A stretch of DNA of 64,000 nucleotides from a virus. Below the pieces are notes generated by a model. The model was given only the letters and a program-made list of their open reading frames with translations. It did not search any database and had not been told where the DNA came from. This document shows positions 13,803 through 25,775 of the stretch, in pieces (position 1 is the first letter of the stretch; each line of letters starts with the position of its first letter). Made by a program: the position numbers and the translations under genes. Location of the stretch: IMG/VR virus record IMGVR_UViG_3300045125_000034, positions 1-64,000 of that record, one strand, 5' to 3'.

Positions 13803-15071
13803 ATGAGCATGACCCGTGAACAGACCCGTAACGCCTTCCTGACCGCCGCCTATGCCTTGGCTGGTGGCGATCCCGTGATTACCCGTCCGCAGGTTTTGGA
13901 AGCCGCCGCTAGTGGCGGTGTGCCGAACCCTGCGTGGTTGACCAACGACCCCGCCTACCGCGCCGGTCGTGGTCAGTACCGTCTGCCGCCGATGCACCAA
14001 GCGTCCCGTGCTGCCGCCCCTGTGGTCCCTGTGACTGCCGCCGCCGCACCTGTGACCGCTACGGCATCTGAGGAACAGCCTTGTGGACCTGAACCTGTCC
14101 ATGCAGGCGATTGAGTCGGGTGGGTCGGCGGTCCCTGCGAAGGATCCGCTGTTCGTGCCGTATGGCGACCATGAGACCATCGTGACCGTCATCAAGAGCC
14201 GCCGATGGACCCTCCTATGTGGTCGGTCCCTGGAGTTGCGGCAAGACCTTCTCGTATCAGCAGGCGTGTGCCGAACTGAGCCGCGAGTACTACGAGGTGC
14301 AGATTACCTCAGAGACCACCGAAGACGATCTGCTCGGTGGCTTCCGACTGGTGAACGGGGAGACCAAGTTCGTGTATGGTCCCGTCGCCCTCGCCATGAT
14401 CCGTGGGGGCTTCCTTGTCCTTGACGAGATTGACCAAGCGACCAACAAGGTGATGTGCCTTCAGCAGGTTCTCAACGGCAAGCCCGTGTTCCTGAAGAAG
14501 ATCAACCAATGGGTCAAGCCTCGCCGCCGGGCTTTCAATGTCGGGGCTACCGCCAACACCAAGGGCAACGGTGACGAGAGTGGCCGCTGGTGGTGCGAAC
14601 CCGCTGAATGTCGCCTTCCGTGACCGCCTCTCGGGCATGACCTTCGTCGCTGATTACCCTGCCGCCGCCGTGGAGCGGAAGATCCTGACTAAGGCTATGA
14701 CCGCCGTGGGCGTGGAGGACGAGGAGTTCGGTAAGCGTCTGGTGGAGTGGGCAGGAGCGATTCGCAAGACCAACCGTGAGGGTGGACTTGAGGAGACCAT
14801 CACGACCCGCCGACTGGTGCAGATTGCTCGAGAACCTCGCCATCCTCGGGAGCCGCGTGAAGAGCGTGGAACTCGGAACCAACATCTACGACGAGATCAC
14901 CCACGAGGCATGCTCAACCTGTACAAGAAGGTTGACGATGAGGCCGAGCCGAAGGTGAAGGGTCAGGATGAACTCGGTCAGGCTCCGAAGGGTCCGACCG
15001 CTGCGGGTACGACCGCTGCCGCTGCCGCCTCCAACAACAGGTGTCTCCCTTCTGATGGTTTACAACTTTGA
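13803..15071 (+). CDS. MoxR/CbbQ/CobS-like AAA+ ATPase (phage CobS type), frameshifted
   Basis: Walker A GPWSCGKT, ETTEDDLLGGFRLVNGET, Walker B LVLDEID, ATANTKGNGDESGR, LNVAFRDR, ITTRRLV. Confidence 0.9.
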
Positions 15072-15194
15072 AGTCTTCAGCAACGCACCGGTCACCTATA
15101 GTGGTCCCGATGGAATCTCGTTGACGAGCAAAGCCTTTTGGGTCCTCTCGGCTAAGGACTCGGTGGGCAACACTCAGGCAATCGTTTTTGAAAA

Positions 15195-15758
15195 GTGAGT
15201 GGCATCTGCAACGGCGATCCTGAGATGATGTTCCTCCACTCCTACCTGAACACCGCTGCCTTCCGCTACCGTCAGACGGGAGAGTACCACCGAACGCTTA
15301 ACTTGGTTGACACCGAAGATGCACGAATCCAAACGAATTCTGTTCCGTTTGGCTCTGCGTGGATGCGTGGATTCAAGCCGATGGAGTACGCCCGTCAACT
15401 TTACAACAACCTGCTTGAGTACAACAACTTTCAACTCACCAACCACATTGACTACACTCTACTCAGGAAGGATGGTCTGCTGATTAGTTCAGGCAGGTCC
15501 GCATACAATAGTTCCCCCGACTATAGTGTGTGGGTCAACGACAAGACCATCGTTCCTGCTGATGGATGGAAGTGTCCGGATCTTCTGCCGCAGAACCCAA
15601 GCCTTCAGGAACTCAAGAATGACATCGGCAAGTTTATTGAAAAGTTGAAGGCAGGAGTTGAACTTCAAACTGCGCTGCTACCACCAAGACCTACTACGCT
15701 CTTGACGCATAAGAAAATCGTCAGAAACCTCTTGACACCAAACCGAAACCTGTTATAA
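15195..15758 (+). CDS. Hypothetical protein
   Basis: 187-aa ORF with phage-like codon usage. Confidence 0.5.
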   Translation: MSGICNGDPEMMFLHSYLNTAAFRYRQTGEYHRTLNLVDTEDARIQTNSVPFGSAWMRGFKPMEYARQLYNNLLEYNNFQLTNHIDYTLLRKDGLLISSGRSAYNSSPDYSVWVNDKTIVPADGWKCPDLLPQNPSLQELKNDIGKFIEKLKAGVELQTALLPPRPTTLLTHKKIVRNLLTPNRNLL

Positions 15759-15759
15759 T
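15732..15759 (+). promoter_or_regulatory. Sigma70-like early promoter
   Basis: TTGACA-N16-TATAAT with extended -10 TG, then AGGAG RBS and ATG 15773. Confidence 0.8.
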
Positions 15760-15772
15760 AGGAGAAATCAAA

Positions 15773-16091
15773 ATGACTACGACGAACACCACCATCACGA
15801 TCAAGCCCCGTCAGAGCCAACTTCCTTGCCGCCCTTGAGGCAAAGTTCAGGCCGACCTGCGACCATCACCCGTAAGGCTCTTGTCACCTTCAAGCAGACA
15901 TGGAGTCAGGGTGAGATTGGTCCTCTCGGATTCGCTCTCCGTTGCCTGCGTGGCTCACGAACTCAAGCAACTTCACCGTTCAGCGAGCGGTCTATGCCCT
16001 CCCGTGGAATGAGTACGATGCATTCTTGGCTTCTGCATCGGGCGGTTCGCAGCCGAATACTCCCACGGATGCCGCTGATTCTGCGACCTAA
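15773..16091 (+). CDS. Small protein paralogous to the N-terminal domain of the AAA ATPase (frameshifted)
   Basis: FLAA...ITRK...PAWLTN...RAVYALP versus FLTA...ITRP...PAWLTN...RGQYRLP at 13803. Confidence 0.6.
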
Positions 16092-16255
16092 TGAGGGGAG
16101 CCGTGGCAACTCGGTAACGAGTAGCACCCCCGCTGCACAGGACTTTGAATCCTGTGGAGCAACCCCCTCGGAAGTTGAAAGACTTCCGAGGGATTTCAAA
16201 CCTAGTAGTGCCACCAAGGCCGGTTGCACTACGCATTCTCAAAGGAGATTTCACT

Positions 16256-16549
16256 ATGGCCATCACCACTTGCCGTCGTACCAACAAGAACCGTCGCTCT
16301 CGCGTTGCTGCTCAGAACCTCATGGAAGGCGATGAGTTCGTCATGCACGGCGAGCCGAACATCTTCGTTGAGAAGATCAGCCGCAACGAGGATCGCGGAA
16401 CCGTTCGCGTGACCTTCAGCAACGACATGAAGCGCACCTATTCGTGGGGCTACAAGGCTCTCATCATTGAGACCCTGAGCCGTCACAACTTCCGTCGCAA
16501 CACCCTGCGTCGGGCCGGTTACCCCAACTACTACGCCTATGGTATTTGA
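16256..16549 (+). CDS. Hypothetical basic protein
   Basis: AGGAG RBS; MAITTCRRTNKNRRSR... ORF. Confidence 0.6.
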   Translation: MAITTCRRTNKNRRSRVAAQNLMEGDEFVMHGEPNIFVEKISRNEDRGTVRVTFSNDMKRTYSWGYKALIIETLSRHNFRRNTLRRAGYPNYYAYGI

Positions 16550-16771
16550 CACTTTATATCGGACTTCAGATACCAAGCATCGCGTCTTGGGTCTCTAGTC
16601 CTACATCACTAAATTACTGGTTGGTGGATGGGGGCTAGGCAAATATAATGAACTCCTGTGGAAGTGCCTAGACCCCCTACCGCCGGCTGGACAAAGAAAA
16701 GGCTTCGGCTCTGCCCCTGCTTCGGCGGGGGCTATTTGTTATCGGACTTTGTAAAAAACTTGATCGTGGGG

Positions 16772-16799
16772 TTGACTTTCCCTGCCGAGTCGCTATAAT
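16772..16799 (+). promoter_or_regulatory. Sigma70-like early promoter
   Basis: TTGACT-N16-TATAAT before ATG 16809. Confidence 0.75.
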
Positions 16800-16808
16800 A
16801 AAAGAGTA

Positions 16809-19098
16809 ATGACCGCGACCCTCTCAAAAGCAACCGTTGAATCCAAGGCAGTTCTCGCCCGCATGTTGGCTACGGAGAACCTGTCCGTGGAACACAACCC
16901 GAAGGCTGAGACCGCCTACTTCGATGTCGAGAATCGGAAACTCGTCTTCCCGTGTTGGGAGGGCATGACCGATCACCTGTACGACATGCTCGGCGGGTCA
17001 CGAAACCGCCCACGCCCTGTTCACGCCCGCCGGTACGGAGAGCCCTCGACGCGGCGATCAAGGCAGTTGATCCCCGACCCGAAGCCGCGAGTGCTGCCAA
17101 GGGTTACCTGAACATCGTGGAGGATGCCCGAATTGAGCGGCTGGTGAAGGAGAAGTATCCGGGTCTGCGTCGGACCTTCTTCCTCGCGTATCAGGATCTG
17201 GTGAAGAGCGACCTGATGGCTCCCGCCGTGAATCAGATTGCCACGCTGCGTCTGATTGACCGAGCCAACATGCACTACAAGGTTGGAACCTTCGTGGATG
17301 TTCCGTTCAGCGAAGCCGAGTTCGGCATGGTTGAGCGGATGGCTACGACGAAGACCTTCGATGATGTCGTGGCTCTTGCCCGCGAGATGTGGGAGTACGA
17401 GAAGGAAGAGCAGAAGAAGCAGCAGGAGCAGGAGAAGGCTCAGAGCGAAGAGAAGAGCGTCCAGTCCGAGCAGGGCGAGGGCGAGTCTTCCGAGGGTGGC
17501 GAGAGCAGCGAGGGCGAGCAGAAGAGCGAAGAGACCGCTACCGCCGAGACCAGAAGCCAAGCCCGCGACCGAGACCGAAGAGAAGAGCAAGGGCGGCAAG
17601 GCTGAGACCGCCGAGAGCAAGACCTCCAAGACCGAGGACAGCAACGGCGGAACCGAAGGCGAGGGCAGGGTAGCGATCCGATGCCCGAGGCTTCCAAGAC
17701 CGATGGAATGCTGAATGAGTTCAGCAAGTCCAAGCGAAACCGAAGTACGCGAACTACTTCATGACCGCCGACCTTCCGAAGTTCAATGTGGAGAAGGGCG
17801 TGATTCCCGCTAGCACGGTGATTCCGCTGCTGATCGAACTTGGTGAGAACAACAACGGCATGGGCCGAGTTCACCGAGTGGAAGAATCGCAACGCCGAGA
17901 GTGTCGCCGTCCTGTGCCGCGAGTTCGAACGCCGTCGTGCTGCCGAAGCCGCGAGCCGTACCTCCATGAGCGATTCGGGAATGCTTGATGTGAACCGCCT
18001 GTGGTCCTACCGCGTGAGCGACGAGATCTTCCGTCAGTACGCGAATGTGAAGAATGGTCAGAGCCACGGCATTCAGGTCTTCGTGGACTTCAGCGGGTCC
18101 ATGAACGGCATCCTGTACGAGACCCTGTGTCAGATGGCTTCGCTCGCCGCCTTCTGCCGCCGAATGAACATCCCGTTTGATGTCTACGCCTTCACCGATG
18201 GTCTGGGCCGCCTGTGGACCACCGATATCAAGAACTCCGATTGGGAGTGTATGACTTGGGATCAGCGTGAGAAGGCGACCAACCCGTGGGAGCGTAACGA
18301 GAAGGGAATGCAGATCGGTGGATCCAACTTCCGGCTGGTTCACCTGCTGACGAGTGGACTGAGCGAGCGCAACTTCCGTATGGCTGTGGGCGGAATGCTC
18401 GCCGCCGTTCAGAACCGCCTTGCCAACCGCTACTATCAGAGCAGCGGGATTGAGACCCGCAACGGAGCGCAACTGTTCCGCCTGAATGGTACTCCGACGA
18501 ATCAGGCGACCCTTGCCGCGATGACCATCCTGCCCGAGTTCCGCAAGAAGCACAATCTTCAGATCGTCCACGCCGTCTTCCTGACCGATGGTGAGGCAGG
18601 AGACCGCTTCCGTGGTCCGAGCGAGACCGACTACAACCGCGATGTCACCGGGTATGTCTTCCGCGATAGCGTGACGGGCAACACCGAGAAGGTTCTGTCC
18701 TCCTTCTGCACTACGGGTCAGAACCGTGCGCTGAATCACCTGCTCGCCAAGCGTGGCTTCAATGTCATCGGTATCTCCTCTGCCCGACCCGCGAGTTCCG
18801 AACCAAGATGGCTGACGGTCAGGCAAGCGTAAGTGCTGGCAGCAACTACGACACCGAGATGGAAGCCGCCAAGACTAAGGGCTTCTGCGAGGCTGAGGAC
18901 TGCTACGGTTCACGCGGTGGTTTGGAATGAACGCTCCGCACCTTGACGAGAATGATTACTTCGTGGGCATCACCGAGACCGCCCCCAAGAGCCTCCTCAC
19001 GAAGGCATTTGCGAAGACCATCAAGCAGGGTACGATGAACCGCCTGCTCCTGAGCCGCTTCGTGGATCTGATCGCCAACCCCGCTCAAGAAGATTTGA
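16809..19098 (+). CDS. CobT-like metallopeptidase-domain plus vWA protein (T4-like 'peptidase', partner of the AAA ATPase), frameshifted
   Basis: LARMLATENLSVEH...TAYFDVENRKL, G(H)ETAHAL, LNIVEDARIER, acidic linker, MIDAS DFSGSM, FLTDGE. Confidence 0.85.
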
Positions 19099-19521
19099 AA
19101 AAGGAGATTGAAATGTATCGCCTGACTGTAAACACCGAACCGCACAATCAAACTCACGAACACCTGCCGCCTGTTCCCGTCACGAAGGCATGGCTCTATC
19201 ACACCGATACCAATACTTGGCTACTGCACCTTGAGGGTCAGTTCGGTGGAGTGGGAGTCTCTGCTGCCCGTGCCGATGCTGGTATCTGTATCTACGATCC
19301 CTATGGGCATTTCCGTCCTGTGGAGATTCGTATCACCTGCACCGACAAGAATGAGTTTTGAAAATCCGTGGATCGCATAAGGTCTCTCAGATTATGATTG
19401 ATGAGGCCCGGCGAGGGCGTAGATCACATCAGCGTGGCTATGACCAACATCACCAACGACAAGTGGACTGATGTTGCGAAGTGGAGCCGAGACTGAACTA
19501 CTAAGATCGTTTGAGGGTCAG

Positions 19522-19559
19522 ACCCCTGTAGGTGTAAGAGCCTACGGGGTTTTTGTTTT
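19522..19559 (+). terminator. Intrinsic terminator closing the early island
   Basis: ACCCCTGTAGG-loop-CCTACGGGGT-TTTTGTTTT. Confidence 0.7.
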
Positions 19560-20016
19560 AACGCTAAATTCAAATTTCAAACTTGAATTCGAAAAGGGAG
19601 CGTAGTCGCGCCGGAAAAACGACCCCCTGTTTTAGTTTTGCGAGCGGCGGGTTCCCATGCAAGCAAGGGCCGAGTGCCGAGAATTTTTGAAGTCCGCAGG
19701 TTCGCCCAAATAAAGACCCCCCTTTAGTTTACCTTGTTGATTTCAGTTGCCCCGAAATGCCTTTTACCCCCGAGGTGAAATTATTACAAAACAGGTCGAG
19801 TCCTAAATATCACTATGCCAAAGCAACAACAAATATATGCTTCTGTGTCTACATCTAGGACTAATGTTCCTCGTATTCCCGTAGTTTCTTTGACTAATAA
19901 TGACAACCCACAGTCATCGGTTCCCCCATCTGATCTTCGACAACAAATAGATGCCAGTAGAGCAATGAGTTACTTGATGGGCAGGTACGGTAAATCAAAT
20001 TCCTAAATACTTTACC

Positions 20017-20406
20017 ATGAAGTCCTTCAAGCAACACATCTCTGAAATGTTCGTCACTTGGGAGGAACTTGGCCGACTTGAGAGAGTCCTTGACAATATG
20101 TTCGCTCAGGTTGGATTGGACATCGCCTTCACCAAGCACTTTTGGGAACGCATCAACGGTAGCCGAATGTATGGTGGTACTGTCAGCATCGTGGATATCA
20201 AAGATGCTTTCAACAAGACCTTTCAGAAGTATGCCAAGCAGATTGTTACAAAGCCGGTGAACTGGACGGCAGTAATCAACGATGTCAGCAAGGGTCTGAA
20301 CATGCCCTTCACTCTAGCATGGGACAAGATCGGTAAGCGTATGGTGATGATGACCGCCATGAAGAAACATGACTTCAAGACTCCCGATCCAAAGTTGAAG
20401 GTTTGA
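20017..20406 (+). CDS. Putative internal head protein; possible RelE/RegB-like (BECR) RNase fold
   Basis: MKSFKQHISE leader, CTAAATA at 20003; IAFTKHFWER motif. Confidence 0.55.
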   Translation: MKSFKQHISEMFVTWEELGRLERVLDNMFAQVGLDIAFTKHFWERINGSRMYGGTVSIVDIKDAFNKTFQKYAKQIVTKPVNWTAVINDVSKGLNMPFTLAWDKIGKRMVMMTAMKKHDFKTPDPKLKV

Positions 20407-20413
20407 AAAAAAA

Positions 20414-21061
20414 ATGCCGAAGCAAATACAAAAGAGCTGGTTTGACTATGATACCTACCGCAACCGTGGAGTGTATAAACGATGTTGGTGGTATTGGTAC
20501 GGATATCGTGTATTCTATGAAGCTGGGGTCAAAAAAGTAACGCAGACCACTCCACAAAAAAACCTAACTGCCCAACACGATATTCCCCCAAGAGGAATGA
20601 CCCAAACGGATTGGGATAGATTCAAAAAGGGTTTATGTTGGGCAGAGAGCAGTCCTGATTGCCCCTGCTGCGATGATAAGGTTGGTGCTTCCGATGATGT
20701 TGGTAGATATCAAACAACCCCGATACAGGTTGCGGATATCTATCAGTACTATTGCAAAGATTGTAGATCTGACAGATGTAAAAAGGGGTGTACGGATCTT
20801 CTAGCAATATGTCCAAAGGCAAAGGATAGTGATTCTTCTTGTGCGAAGGACCAAGCAGTATCAGATAAACTTCTTGAACTATGGTCTAATGGAAGATGGT
20901 ATCCGCATATCGAAAGACAACCAAATGAAACTGATTGGCATTATTACCATAGAATTATCGGCATATGGCATTGCGGAAGGCCATCCAGAACATCATGTGC
21001 GGAGTATGGTCCTATCCCGCCGTTAACAGTTCCGGGTCAGAACTACTTTGTGAAGTTCTGA
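20414..21061 (+). CDS. Cys-rich lysozyme-like protein
   Basis: LCWAESS...DDVGRYQTTPI (catalytic E-S and G-x-Y-Q), many Cys. Confidence 0.5.
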   Translation: MPKQIQKSWFDYDTYRNRGVYKRCWWYWYGYRVFYEAGVKKVTQTTPQKNLTAQHDIPPRGMTQTDWDRFKKGLCWAESSPDCPCCDDKVGASDDVGRYQTTPIQVADIYQYYCKDCRSDRCKKGCTDLLAICPKAKDSDSSCAKDQAVSDKLLELWSNGRWYPHIERQPNETDWHYYHRIIGIWHCGRPSRTSCAEYGPIPPLTVPGQNYFVKF

Positions 21062-21172
21062 GTGTGAGTACAAGCGTAACGGAGGAACAGGGCCGGATCC
21101 CGATGGTTGGAATCAAGATTGGTGCAAGCCTAAAGGTAATAAATAACAGAAGCGGTATCGGAAGGAACAACC

Positions 21173-22030
21173 ATGAAGAACTACTTTGATTTGATGCAGC
21201 AACTCAACGAGGTCGCCAAGGGCGGAACGGTCCCTTGGGCAGGCAAGACACGCGGTCCCTTACTTCAAGGGTAAGAGCGGCATGGACATGTTGGCGGGAG
21301 TTGAAGCCGACGCTAGACTCTATGCCCAACGCATGAAGGAGATGCAACCCATCTTCGCTGCTATTGATGACTACAAGGCAGGCAAGCCAGTTTCCGATGC
21401 CATGATGAAGTTGATCGCTACCCTATATCAAGCAGTTGGGAATCAAGCGTGGCACTATGGCCGGTCCTGCTGCAAAGACTCCCGTGGCTACCCGTCCTCC
21501 ATTCAACTGGACAACAGGTGGAGCAGGTTGGTGGCATCCGATCAAGCAATGGTTCCGCTTCAGCCACGACGGCGATAACTACCATGTGACTCAGGTCTAC
21601 AAGAGTCCCGAGAAGTTCGGCATCACTCACAACGAGGTCAGAGCAGTCATCAAGGACTACATCATGAATACACGGGGGGACTATCTTGTTGATAGACTCA
21701 GAGCGAACATTCACTTAAAGAGACTAACAATAGATCAGGCAGTCTTGGAGTTGGGGCAGGAAATCTATAGTGGTAGTAGAGACATCTTCAGACCTCTACA
21801 GAAGTATGTCTACAACCGTGGATGGCTCAAGATCTATGGTGGGCGTGACTGCTACTTGGAGGGAACTATGGAGTCCTCTTTGAAGGCAGCGATGCGTGAG
21901 ATCATCAAGTCCTATGGTGACAAGACCGACTACAATGTAGAGGTCGCTTCACCACAGACCAACAGACGAGTACCCAAATAGCAAGTACTACAACAGACAG
22001 TCTTCCCGCGAACAGTACGCTTCATAATGT
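21173..22030 (+). CDS. Putative internal head protein (frameshifted)
   Basis: ATAAATA at 21139; MKNYFDLMQQLNE leader. Confidence 0.5.
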
Positions 22031-22033
22031 TAC

Positions 22034-23543
22034 ATGGTACGGTTCAAGTCATTCATCGCTGAGTCCAAAGGTATTCAGCCTGCCCGTGTTCAGGCAGGCG
22101 AGATCATCTTCACGGACAAGCAGAACAATGTGTGGCTTGCAACCGAGTGGCACTACTTCAAGCGGTTTCTAGATCCCAACAGCAAGAACGAGAACCCCGA
22201 ATATCTGCGAGCGGTGCAGATGGCTAGCACTCTCGTCGGCGGTCAAAAGGCGAACCCCAAGGGCATCGTCCTCATCAAGTTGACCAACGACAACAACGCC
22301 AGCATCACTCTTGCCCGTTACACCACGACACCTGAAGCCCCAAGCAAGATCGGCAACGAGGAGTTCTCGCAGGCGGGCTATGAGCGTAGAACCAAGATGG
22401 GCGGTCAACTCTCTAGACTCTCCTCTAATGATCTACTCTTAGGTCACACGCCCGTTGAAGTCCTTCGCGTTGCAGACAACAACATCCCTCACTATGTCTT
22501 CCATAACGCGAACACTCTGCGTGATAGAATCATTCGCAACATGCAGTCAAGCAAGTTCAATGTGCTGCTCCGTGAGCCATCGGTGATCCAAGCAACCAAG
22601 GAGTTCTTGTGATGGTGGGGCAACACACTTTGATTGGTCCAAGGTTGGTCAGTTGATGAACACACAGGACCGCATCAAGTTCGGCATCTACCTTGCATCA
22701 GAGTTGGGCTATGCCTTTTGGGTTCTATCGGGCAAGAGCATCGGTGCATTCCCCGGCATGTCCATCATCAAGTTCTTCGCAGTCCCAACCGACAACACCA
22801 ACACCTCCTATGACTCCTACCTCCGTGGTGTTCTCAAGGGAGGCTCAGGCATCGCAAACCCTCATGGTGTCCTCCAAGACCATTGCAGGCAAGAAGGGTG
22901 GAGCAAGGTCAACGATCCTCCCTGCTCTCAACGGCATGGCAAAAGGCATCGCCAACTATAACACACTCAACAACAAGTTCTTGGCGGCGTTGCTTCCATA
23001 CTTCAAGGAGAGTGCAACGGGCGGAAGAACCATCTACCCGTTCATGATTGAGAAGGTGCTTGGTCTCAAGGGAGTGATCCCTGAGCCTGTCGTGTTTGGA
23101 ATCGCATCTGCAAGTTGCATGAGAAAAGAAAAGGCAAACTGACAGACGCAGAGATGGCAGAACTTGAGAAGCAAGTTGTCGCGGTGCAGAAGAAGGTTGC
23201 ATCAGGAGTCGTGCTGCCGGGTATCAACAAGACAGCACCACTCAACCACAACGCTGCTCGCTATCCATCTCCTCCACAATGGAAGGAGTTCTCTCGTTAC
23301 ATCTCTGACATCTTCTGTGATGCGATCTGCTTCGGTCTAAGCTCCGATGGTGCATCAGACATGAGACCAACCATCTCATGGCAGATAGACATGGACATCC
23401 GAGAGTTCACCCGCACGGGCATGGTCAACTACATCATGAAGGAAGTCTCGCAGGAGATGAAGGGAATGTACATTGACGGAGGCAAGCAGTCAGCAGGCGA
23501 TCCGTCACGCAACATCACATGGCTTGGAGCAAGACCGCTATGA
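22034..23543 (+). CDS. Large putative internal head protein (frameshifted)
   Basis: MVRFKSFIAE leader; ORF fragments 22034-23543 are contiguous. Confidence 0.6.
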
Positions 23544-24527
23544 GATCCTTCTCTCAACACATCAGCGAGAAAGCAAGTTGGATCCTCGTCTTGTTCCAAC
23601 AGGACCAACCTTGGATGAGAAGGGCATGAGTCTATGTGAGTTGCTAGCAGGTAGCAGAGAACAGTTCATCAAGCACTACAACGCGATAGTCAGGGGAGAA
23701 TACATGTCCACAAAAGAGAACATGCCCCTGTTTAAGTTGAGTACGCATGCAGGACAGTTCATCAAAGCATTGGCACAATGGTTTGACCAAGCAGGAGGCA
23801 AGAAGGATTGGTTCCTTCCACTCTTGATGGAAGCAGGTAAGTGTTCAGGCAGAGGACAATGGACATACCACACAGGCAAGGTTTACCGTGGAGTTCTGAA
23901 GAGTTTGGAGAGTGTAGACTTTGTGTTGGAAGACAAGTTTGCTAGTATGCCCGATGCAATGACGGGAGAGTTCTTGGTTGGAACAGCAACATACAAGAGC
24001 ATCTACCCAATGCAGTCGTGGTCTACCAAGGCAGAGGTAACCTTTGAGTTCGCCAACACCGACTACAACAGAAGTGTTCAATGGTCCTACCTTGAAAGGT
24101 AGAAAGAAGAGTACTCAATGATCTTTGAGACTGTACTGCCAAAGAATGAAACCTTTCTCAAGCGACAACATCACTTCTGTATATAGCAAGGTCTAATGAA
24201 TACGAAGTCCTCCGTATCGGCAACGCCCCACTCAAGTGCAAGGTGTACATATGGTATGATTCGTTTCAAAGATCTTGTTGGGATAGTTTAGTTGAAACAG
24301 CAATGGCAAACGATCTAGCAAATGCCATGAGAAAAGAGTTCAACAAGGATGACCCAACGAAGACCAAGCATGACAAGTCCAAGAAGGTGTTGAAGAAGAT
24401 ACTCTCAAAGAACTTGGGGTTTGGCGACAAGGGAGCGGAGTTCCTTGTAGAGAAGACGAAGTTCTACAAGAACATCATTATCAAGATGAAAGTCTTGTTT
24501 GTTGATCTCAATGAGTATCCGATATGA
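23540..24527 (+). CDS. Capsid-targeted R-S-E class ADP-ribosyltransferase (Alt/Mod-like), frameshifted
   Basis: MRSFSQHISE leader; KVYRG, QSWST and NEYEVLR motifs in order. Confidence 0.65.
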
Positions 24528-25370
24528 AACGCTTCACCCACTACATCAACGAGATCTTCAACAGCCCACGGGTCCGAACACTTGGAAGCGAGTGGCTGTG
24601 TCCACCAACGATGCTGCGAACTACAAGTTCACTATGGCATTCGTAAACGGCGGCTACGCATTGGCTCCTTCATGCTGCAAAGAGTTGGTTGACTTCTATG
24701 AGAAGAATGGAATCATGATAGATGTGAAGAGGAGTACTAGTTGCTACGTGACATGTACACATACAAGAAGGGCAACCCCGACCGACCAGACACCCCGACC
24801 GTACTTGATGGTCTAACCTACATGGTTGGGTTTGCATCCTTCAGTAGTGCCGTCATCAGGGGTTGACTACGGTAGCCTGTTCTCTCTGCGTAACAAGAAC
24901 ATCCCCCAATGTCTGCTTCCGTCATTTGGAACAACTGTTATGAGATGTGGTTCAGCGCAGATGATTCTGTTCTTGGATTCCCCGAAGGATTGGTAAAGGG
25001 TCATGCATCCAATAGCCTTGGGTGGGTATGCTCACGCAAGGACTGCCTTGGTACGGACGATGACTTGGGAGTGATGAGCGGGTCTGCGGCTATCTCTGTC
25101 TTCAATGCGTTGTTTGCAATCATTGAAGACTTCATCAAGACCAAGAGACCATCGGGCATCATCATAGGAAGTAAAAGCGGAGCCAAGGGTTCTAGGTCTG
25201 CCATCTACAAGCGTATGGGCAAGATGGCTGCACAGAAGTTTGGCGGTCAGTACTATGATCTAGATCAATACAGAACTCCACAAGCCCGAGAGGGTCTGAT
25301 GCATGGAGTATTTGTAACTTTGGGAGTACGCCCAAAGACCTTCTTACTGCACCATCACAAAAGTAAATAG
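24524..25370 (+). CDS. Putative internal head protein (frameshifted)
   Basis: MKRFTHYINE leader; C-terminal FAIIEDFIK..P....SRSAIYKRM. Confidence 0.55.
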
Positions 25371-25378
25371 GGGGACAC

Positions 25379-25775
25379 ATGTACGAGTACTCAATATCAG
25401 AAGTAGTTAAGGTAGTAGACGGAGACACACTAGAGGTGGTCTTTGATGTCGGCTTCAGTATGTTCTGCAAGCAGCGTGTGCGTCTAGACGGAATAGACAC
25501 ACCCGAGTCATTCACATCCGATGCCAACGAAGAAGTTTGGGTTGGAAGCCAAGGAGTTCCTGAAGGAGTGGGTCAGTAAGCAGAAGAAACTTCGTGCCAA
25601 GACAACCAAGGATGACAAGTATGGTAGAATCCTTGCTCGCATCTACGGCGACAATCCCGATGTCTGCATCAACGACGAGATGATAAACAAGGGTTACGCT
25701 TGGGGCTACGACGGCGGTACGAAGCAGAAGGACTTCAACCACCTGCTAGAACAGCGTAAAAAGGCAGCAGTCTAA
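25379..25775 (+). CDS. Thermonuclease (SNase-like) family protein
   Basis: VVKVVDGDT, RVRLDGIDTPE, DKYGRILA, INDEMINKGYA. Confidence 0.9.

Noticed and set aside
17021-18826. Long minus-strand ORFs (207 and 338 aa)
   Set aside because: Antisense shadows of the GC-rich vWA gene
13803-19098. Cobalamin biosynthesis (CobS/CobT)
   Set aside because: The phage AAA-vWA pair is common in T4-like phages without other cob genes; none are here
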